From Pseudomonadota bacterium (GTDB lineage Bacteria; Pseudomonadota; Gammaproteobacteria; Steroidobacterales; Steroidobacteraceae): 29,969 bases of DNA. The notes beneath the pieces were generated by a model. It was given only the letters and a program-made list of their open reading frames with translations. It made no database searches and had not been told where the DNA came from. The stretch covers positions 1 through 29,969 of the forward strand of contig JAFEDW010000001.1 in assembly GCA_018241455.1 (NCBI GenBank). Direction: 5' to 3'. Position numbers and translations under genes: made by a program. This document shows positions 25,538 to 29,969 of the stretch, piece after piece (the stretch's first letter is position 1; each line of letters begins with the position of its first letter).

Positions 25538-27637
25538 ATGCGGATGAAAGCCTGCTTAGGCGTGCTCGCTGGCATGAGCCTGGGGTTCGCGGCGATGGCC
25601 GCTGACGACGACCCGTTCCTGTGGCTCGAGCAGGTCAACGACCCGCGCGCGATGGACTGGGTGAAGGCCGAGAACGCCAAGACCGCGGCGGTGCTCGAGC
25701 AGGATGCCCGCTATGCGAGGCTGCGCCAAGCCGCACTGACGCTGGCGCAGGCGAACGATCGCATCCCCGAACCGTCCGTGATGGGCGGCGACATCTACAA
25801 CCTGTGGCAGGACGCCGAACACCAGCACGGCCTGTGGCGGCGCACCGGCTTCGCCGATTTCCTGCGGCCGGATGCGGCGTGGCAGCCGCTGCTCGACCTC
25901 GACGCGCTGTCGGCGGCCGAGCACGCCAACTGGTTCTGGCACGGCGCGGACTGTGCCGAGCCCGGCGAGCACGATTGCATGCTGGCGCTGACCGATGGCG
26001 GCGAGGATGCGGTGACGGAGCGCGAGTTCGACGTGCGCAGCGGCCACTTCGTCGACGGCGGCTTCGTGCTGCCGCGCGGCAAGCAGGACATTGCCTGGGA
26101 GGACGAGAACACGCTGCTCGCCAGCCGCGAATGGACGCCCGGCGAGATGACGAGCTCGGGCTACCCCTACGTCGTCAAGCGGCTGCGCCGCGGGCAAGCG
26201 CTCGCGGCGGCCACCGAAGTGTTTCGTGGCGACGCCAACGACGTCGGCGTCGGGCCGGCCAGCCTTCGTGATGGGGATGGGAATACGGCGGTGCTGATCG
26301 TGCGCTACCGCACTTTCTTCGAGACTGAATACGCACTGCTCGGGAAGAACGGCCCCGTGCCACTCGCGCTGCCGCGCAAGAGCAGCATCGTCGGCCTGGT
26401 CGCGAACCGGTTGATCGTCGAGCTGCGCGAGGACTGGCGCACCGCACCCGGCAAGGTCTTCACTTCCGGTTCGGTCGTCGCCATAGACATGGCGCAGGCG
26501 CGCGCCGCGCCGGGGAAACCCAAGCCCACGCTGGTCTACTTGCCGGAAGCGCGCCACGCGTTCATCGCGGCGCGCGTGACGCGCGACAAACTCGTGGTCA
26601 CCGAACTCGACAATGTGCGCGGCCGCGTGCTGGTGTACACGCCGGCTAAGGCCGGCGGCTGGTCGCGCCGCTCGCTGCCCTTGCCCGACAACGCCAGCGT
26701 CGAGGTCGTCGACACCGACCTGCACAGCAATCGGGCCTTCATCGAGGTCACCGGTTTTCTCACGCCGGCGAGCTTGTGGCTGTTCGACCTCGACAGTGGC
26801 GCGGCGCAACTGGTGCGTGCGCTGCCGCCGCGTTTCGATGCCTCGCGCCTGGTCGTCGAGCAGCTCGAGGCGGTGTCGAAGGACGGCACGCGCGTGCCCT
26901 ATTTCGTCGTGCGCGCGAAGGACATGCCGCTCGATGGCAGCACGCCGCTGATCCTCGAGGCCTACGGCGGCTTCCAGGTTTCCGAGACGCCGTATTATTC
27001 CGCGACGCTCGGCAAGCTGTGGCTCGAGCGCGGCGGCGCCTATGCGCTGGCGAACATCCGCGGCGGCGGCGAATTCGGGCCCGCCTGGCACGAGGCGGGC
27101 CTGAAGACGCACCGCCAGCGCATCTACGACGACTTCGCCGCCGTCGGCGAAGACCTGATTGCCCGCAAGTACACTTCGCCCGCGCACCTCGGCATCCGCG
27201 GCGGCTCGAACGGCGGCTTGCTGATGGGCGTGGAATTCAACCAGCACCCCGACTTGTGGGGCGCGGTCGACATCGAGGTGCCGCTGCTCGACATGTTGCG
27301 CTACGAGCAGATCGACGCCGGCGCATCATGGGTCGGCGAATATGGCAGCGTGAAGGTTCCCGAAGAACGCGCCTTCCTCGCCTCGATTTCGCCGTACCAG
27401 AACCTGCGCGCCGACGTGCACCACCCGCTGCCGCTGATCTGGAGCACGAGCAAGGACGATCGCGTCGGCCCGCAGCACGCACGCAAGTTCGCCGCGAAGA
27501 TGGCGTCGATGGGCCTGCCGTACCTGTTCTACGAGGTGCTCGAGGGCGGCCACTCGGCCGGCGCCACGCTCGATGAAGCGGCCTCGACCAGCGCGCGCGA
27601 GTACACGTATTTTTCGCGCCAGCTCGGGCTGCCGTGA
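25538..27637 (+). CDS. Secreted prolyl oligopeptidase family (S9A) serine peptidase
   Basis: Sec signal (MRMKACLGVLAGMSLGFAAMA), DPFLWLE, SKDGTRVPYF, AYGGF, ANIRGGGEFGPAWH, catalytic GGSNGG, DDRV, GGH; AAAGGGG SD before ATG 25538. Confidence 0.92.
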   Translation: MRMKACLGVLAGMSLGFAAMAADDDPFLWLEQVNDPRAMDWVKAENAKTAAVLEQDARYARLRQAALTLAQANDRIPEPSVMGGDIYNLWQDAEHQHGLWRRTGFADFLRPDAAWQPLLDLDALSAAEHANWFWHGADCAEPGEHDCMLALTDGGEDAVTEREFDVRSGHFVDGGFVLPRGKQDIAWEDENTLLASREWTPGEMTSSGYPYVVKRLRRGQALAAATEVFRGDANDVGVGPASLRDGDGNTAVLIVRYRTFFETEYALLGKNGPVPLALPRKSSIVGLVANRLIVELREDWRTAPGKVFTSGSVVAIDMAQARAAPGKPKPTLVYLPEARHAFIAARVTRDKLVVTELDNVRGRVLVYTPAKAGGWSRRSLPLPDNASVEVVDTDLHSNRAFIEVTGFLTPASLWLFDLDSGAAQLVRALPPRFDASRLVVEQLEAVSKDGTRVPYFVVRAKDMPLDGSTPLILEAYGGFQVSETPYYSATLGKLWLERGGAYALANIRGGGEFGPAWHEAGLKTHRQRIYDDFAAVGEDLIARKYTSPAHLGIRGGSNGGLLMGVEFNQHPDLWGAVDIEVPLLDMLRYEQIDAGASWVGEYGSVKVPEERAFLASISPYQNLRADVHHPLPLIWSTSKDDRVGPQHARKFAAKMASMGLPYLFYEVLEGGHSAGATLDEAASTSAREYTYFSRQLGLP

Positions 27638-27647
27638 ACAGCGCGAC

Positions 27648-28013
27648 TCACTGCACGACGATCGTTCCCGCCATCTGCGGGTGGATCGAACACCCGTAGC
27701 GGTACGTGCCCGGCTTGTCGAAGCGGACGCTGTAGGTCTCGTCCTGGTCGAGCGCGCCCGAACGAATGAGCTCATCGGCGCCGCGCACCGTGTGCGGCTC
27801 GGCGTCGCGGTTGCGCCAGGTCACCGTGGTGCCGGCGGCGATCGTGAGCGTGCGCGGCGCGTACAGGAAATCCTTGATGTCGATCGTGGCGATCCGTGCC
27901 GCCCGAGGGATCGACGCCAACGATGCTGTTGGCGCCGCCTGATCGGCTGCACGCACAATCACCACGCTCGTGGCCAGCACGGCCACCGCGATGATGCGAA
28001 GCGTTGCGCTCAT
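27648..28013 (-). CDS. Secreted amicyanin/plastocyanin-like cupredoxin (type-1 copper)
   Basis: Signal peptide MSATLRIIAVAVLATSVVIVRA; GTTVTWRNRDAEPHTV, PGTYRYGCSIHPQMAG give His/Cys/His/Met ligands. Start 28013 overlaps the upstream gene stop (ATGA). Confidence 0.9.
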   Translation of the reverse strand: MSATLRIIAVAVLATSVVIVRAADQAAPTASLASIPRAARIATIDIKDFLYAPRTLTIAAGTTVTWRNRDAEPHTVRGADELIRSGALDQDETYSVRFDKPGTYRYGCSIHPQMAGTIVVQ

Positions 28014-28954
28014 GCCAGCGTCCGATCGCTGAGCGCGAGGGCTTGCGGATGGCCTTGCACCGACACGCTGCTGACGCCGAGCATCCGGGGCAGTTGATCG
28101 GCCGGCACCTTCAGCGGACCTGGCCCCGGTGCGGCGCCCGCCGCGGGCTGTGGGTAAGCGGTTGAGCGCGCGGTGTGGAAGGTGATGTGGCCTTCCACCT
28201 TCTGCACGATCTGGTGGATGTGACCGTTCAGCACGGTGACGGAACCGAAGCGGCGCAAGTAGCCCATGGCCTGTCCGGCATCGGCAGTGCCCCAACCCCA
28301 GGGCTCGTAGATGTTCCACATCGGCATGTGCGCGAACACGACGATCGGCGTGCTCGCCGCGCGGCCCTTGAGGTCGGCCTCGAGCCATTCGAGCTGTTCG
28401 GCGCCGAGCGAGGCCAGGTTGTTGGGCTTGAATTGCAGCACGTTGATCAACCCGACGAAATGCACGCCGTGATGGTCGAAGCTGTAGTAGCCGCGATTGC
28501 CGGATGGCTTGCCGTAACGATTGAAGTACTCGCTCGCGGTCGCATCCGCGACATCGTGTTCACCGGGCGTCGTGTGCAGCTCGACGACGCGCAGCTTCGA
28601 CAGCAGCAGCGCCGCGGCGTCGAATTCCGCCGGCTTCGACAGATGCGTGATGTCGCCGGTGTGGATGACCATGTCCGGCCGGTCGGGCATCGCATTGACC
28701 AGCTCGATGGTCTGCTTGAGGGTACCGGCCACGTCCGGGTTCGCCTCCTTGTTGAAACCGATGTGCGTATCGCTGATCTGCACGAACAGCGGGATGCCGC
28801 GGGCTGCACGCGGACGCGCATCGGTGGCGGCCTGGGCGAGGTCGACGGGCGTGAACACGCCCCCGGCCAGCGTGAACAGCGTGCCGGCGCCGCCGTAGGC
28901 GAGGCACTTGAGCGCATGGCGGCGTGAGGCGTTGATGTCTGCGTCCGCGGTCAT
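28010..28954 (-). CDS. Tat-exported calcineurin-like metallophosphoesterase (CpdA/Icc-like)
   Basis: SRRHALK twin-arginine motif, h-region and AQA cleavage site; QISDTHIG, HTGDITH, PGEHD, FAH, NGHIHQ metal motifs; AAGGA SD. Confidence 0.88.
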   Translation of the reverse strand: MTADADINASRRHALKCLAYGGAGTLFTLAGGVFTPVDLAQAATDARPRAARGIPLFVQISDTHIGFNKEANPDVAGTLKQTIELVNAMPDRPDMVIHTGDITHLSKPAEFDAAALLLSKLRVVELHTTPGEHDVADATASEYFNRYGKPSGNRGYYSFDHHGVHFVGLINVLQFKPNNLASLGAEQLEWLEADLKGRAASTPIVVFAHMPMWNIYEPWGWGTADAGQAMGYLRRFGSVTVLNGHIHQIVQKVEGHITFHTARSTAYPQPAAGAAPGPGPLKVPADQLPRMLGVSSVSVQGHPQALALSDRTLA

Positions 28955-28987
28955 CGGGAGTATCCTTGAGCAGTTGACGGATACCCG

Positions 28988-29018
28988 ATGAGACTCGAAC
29001 GGGTGTTGGTTTATTCCC
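28988..29018 (-). promoter_or_regulatory. Candidate ECF-sigma promoter for the phosphoesterase-cupredoxin operon
   Basis: Minus strand reads GGGAATAAAC-N14-GTCTCAT, matching the plus-strand copy in sequence and spacing. Confidence 0.72.
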
Positions 29019-29040
29019 GACGATCATTTTTCGCGCCGGC

Positions 29041-29071
29041 GGGAATAAACCCGCGCCACAAACAGTCTGAT
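29041..29071 (+). promoter_or_regulatory. Candidate autoregulatory ECF-sigma promoter
   Basis: GGGAATAAAC-N14-GTCTGAT ending 17 nt upstream of the sigma GTG; resembles general ECF promoter architecture (GGAA-type -35, GTC/TCT-type -10). Confidence 0.72.
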
Positions 29072-29088
29072 AGCGAGAGCGAAGCCAA

Positions 29089-29661
29089 GTGCCCAGCGAC
29101 ACTAGCCCACGAAACAGCCGGTTTGTAACGGAGGTGCTGCCGCACGGCGCCGCCGCGTACAACCTCGCGCGGTGGCTCTGCCGCAACGAGGCCGACGCGC
29201 GCGACATCGTGCAGGAATCGTTCGCGCGTGCGCTGCAGTATTTCAGCGGGTTTCGCGGCGGTGACGCGCGCTCGTGGCTGCTCGCGGTCGTGCGCAACAC
29301 GGCCCGCAGCTGGCTCAAGTCGAAACCGCCCATGGCAAGTGCCAAGGCAAATTCGGGCGCGGAGGCGTCATGGCAGGACGAGGCCGAGCCGCTGGAGGCG
29401 CCGCCCGGCAGCGGGACGCCGCCGGGCGCCGATCCGTTGCACGCGGTCATCAGTGACGAGCAGGCGCGCGAGCTGCGCCAGGCCGTCATGGAGCTGCCGG
29501 TGGAGCATCGCGAGGTGCTGGTGTTGCGAGAATTCGAAGACCTGGCTTACCGCGACATCGCCGCGATCGTCGGCTGCCCGATCGGCACGGTGATGTCGCG
29601 CTTGGCGCGCGCGCGCGATGCGCTCGCCGCGCGGTTGCGCGAGGAGGCACGAGTATCGTGA
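29089..29661 (+). CDS. ECF-type RNA polymerase sigma-70 factor
   Basis: Region 2 (AYNLARWL, DARDIVQESFARA, RSWLLAVVRN) and region 4 (LPVEHREVLVLREFEDLAYRDIAAIVGCPIGTVMSRLARAR). Confidence 0.93.
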   Translation: MPSDTSPRNSRFVTEVLPHGAAAYNLARWLCRNEADARDIVQESFARALQYFSGFRGGDARSWLLAVVRNTARSWLKSKPPMASAKANSGAEASWQDEAEPLEAPPGSGTPPGADPLHAVISDEQARELRQAVMELPVEHREVLVLREFEDLAYRDIAAIVGCPIGTVMSRLARARDALAARLREEARVS

Positions 29662-29969
29662 ACCACGAGGAAGCACAGGCACTGCTCGAGGCCTATCACG
29701 ACGGGCAACTCGGCATCGCCGACACGGTGCGCATCGAGGCGCACGTCGCTGATTGCGAAACCTGCCGCGGCTGGCTGCGCGAGCGACAGTCGCTGCGCGC
29801 CCAACTGCGCGCGGCGCCGCTCCGCTATCGCCTGCCCGACGATCTCGACGCCGCGATTCGCGCGCAGTCCGAACCGGCGTCGTCCGAATCGGCGCCGAAT
29901 GCAACGGCGGCCGCGATTGCGCCTGCGCGCGCGCGGCGCCCCATGCTGGCCGCCACCTGGCCGCGCGCG
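29658..29969 (+). CDS. Zinc-binding anti-sigma factor (ZAS/zf-HC2), truncated at window end; not in ORF track
   Basis: GTG at 29658 overlaps the sigma stop (GTGA); translates MNHEEAQALLEAYHDGQLGIADTVRIEAHVADCETC..., i.e. H-x25-HxxxCxxC. Confidence 0.88.
   Translation, partial: MNHEEAQALLEAYHDGQLGIADTVRIEAHVADCETCRGWLRERQSLRAQLRAAPLRYRLPDDLDAAIRAQSEPASSESAPNATAAAIAPARARRPMLAATWPRA

Noticed and set aside
25556-27247. 563-aa minus-strand ORF over the peptidase
   Set aside because: Antisense shadow; the plus-strand S9A protein has a full catalytic triad and signal peptide.
1-29969. tRNA, rRNA, riboswitch, CRISPR array, IS element or integrase
   Set aside because: No spaced direct repeats, cloverleaf, terminal inverted repeats or recombinase motifs seen, and intergenic spaces are mostly under 130 nt. 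An Infernal/Rfam scan would be needed to exclude small RNAs.

Overview
High-GC (roughly 70% by eye) gammaproteobacterial chromosome segment; gene order and protein style suggest a Steroidobacteraceae/Xanthomonadales-like organism (inference). From left to right: (1) a coupled housekeeping operon spoT-ridA-recG-ubiA, with an unusual Pro/acidic N-terminal extension on UbiA; (2) a small ribbon-helix-helix regulator divergent from a six-gene hydrogenase-4-like membrane complex whose large subunit has lost all four NiFe-binding cysteines (Ehr-type complex, substrate unknown); (3) comF, which overlaps the last Ehr gene tail-to-tail and carries a BirA-type operator in its 5' end; (4) a reduced biotin operon bioB-bioC*-bioD without bioF/bioH/bioA; (5) an A1-type cytochrome c oxidase operon coxB-coxA-small ORF-ctaG-coxC; (6) accessory genes (esterase, orphan molybdopterin oxidoreductase, acyltransferase-3, cupin, secreted prolyl oligopeptidase); (7) an ECF sigma / zinc anti-sigma pair divergent from a Tat-exported metallophosphoesterase plus blue-copper protein, with two matching back-to-back candidate ECF promoters between them. 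No rRNA, tRNA, CRISPR array, integrase or transposase was seen. The best candidates for poorly described systems are the RHH-associated Ehr complex and the ECF-linked phosphoesterase/cupredoxin module. All family calls come from motif recognition, not database searches.
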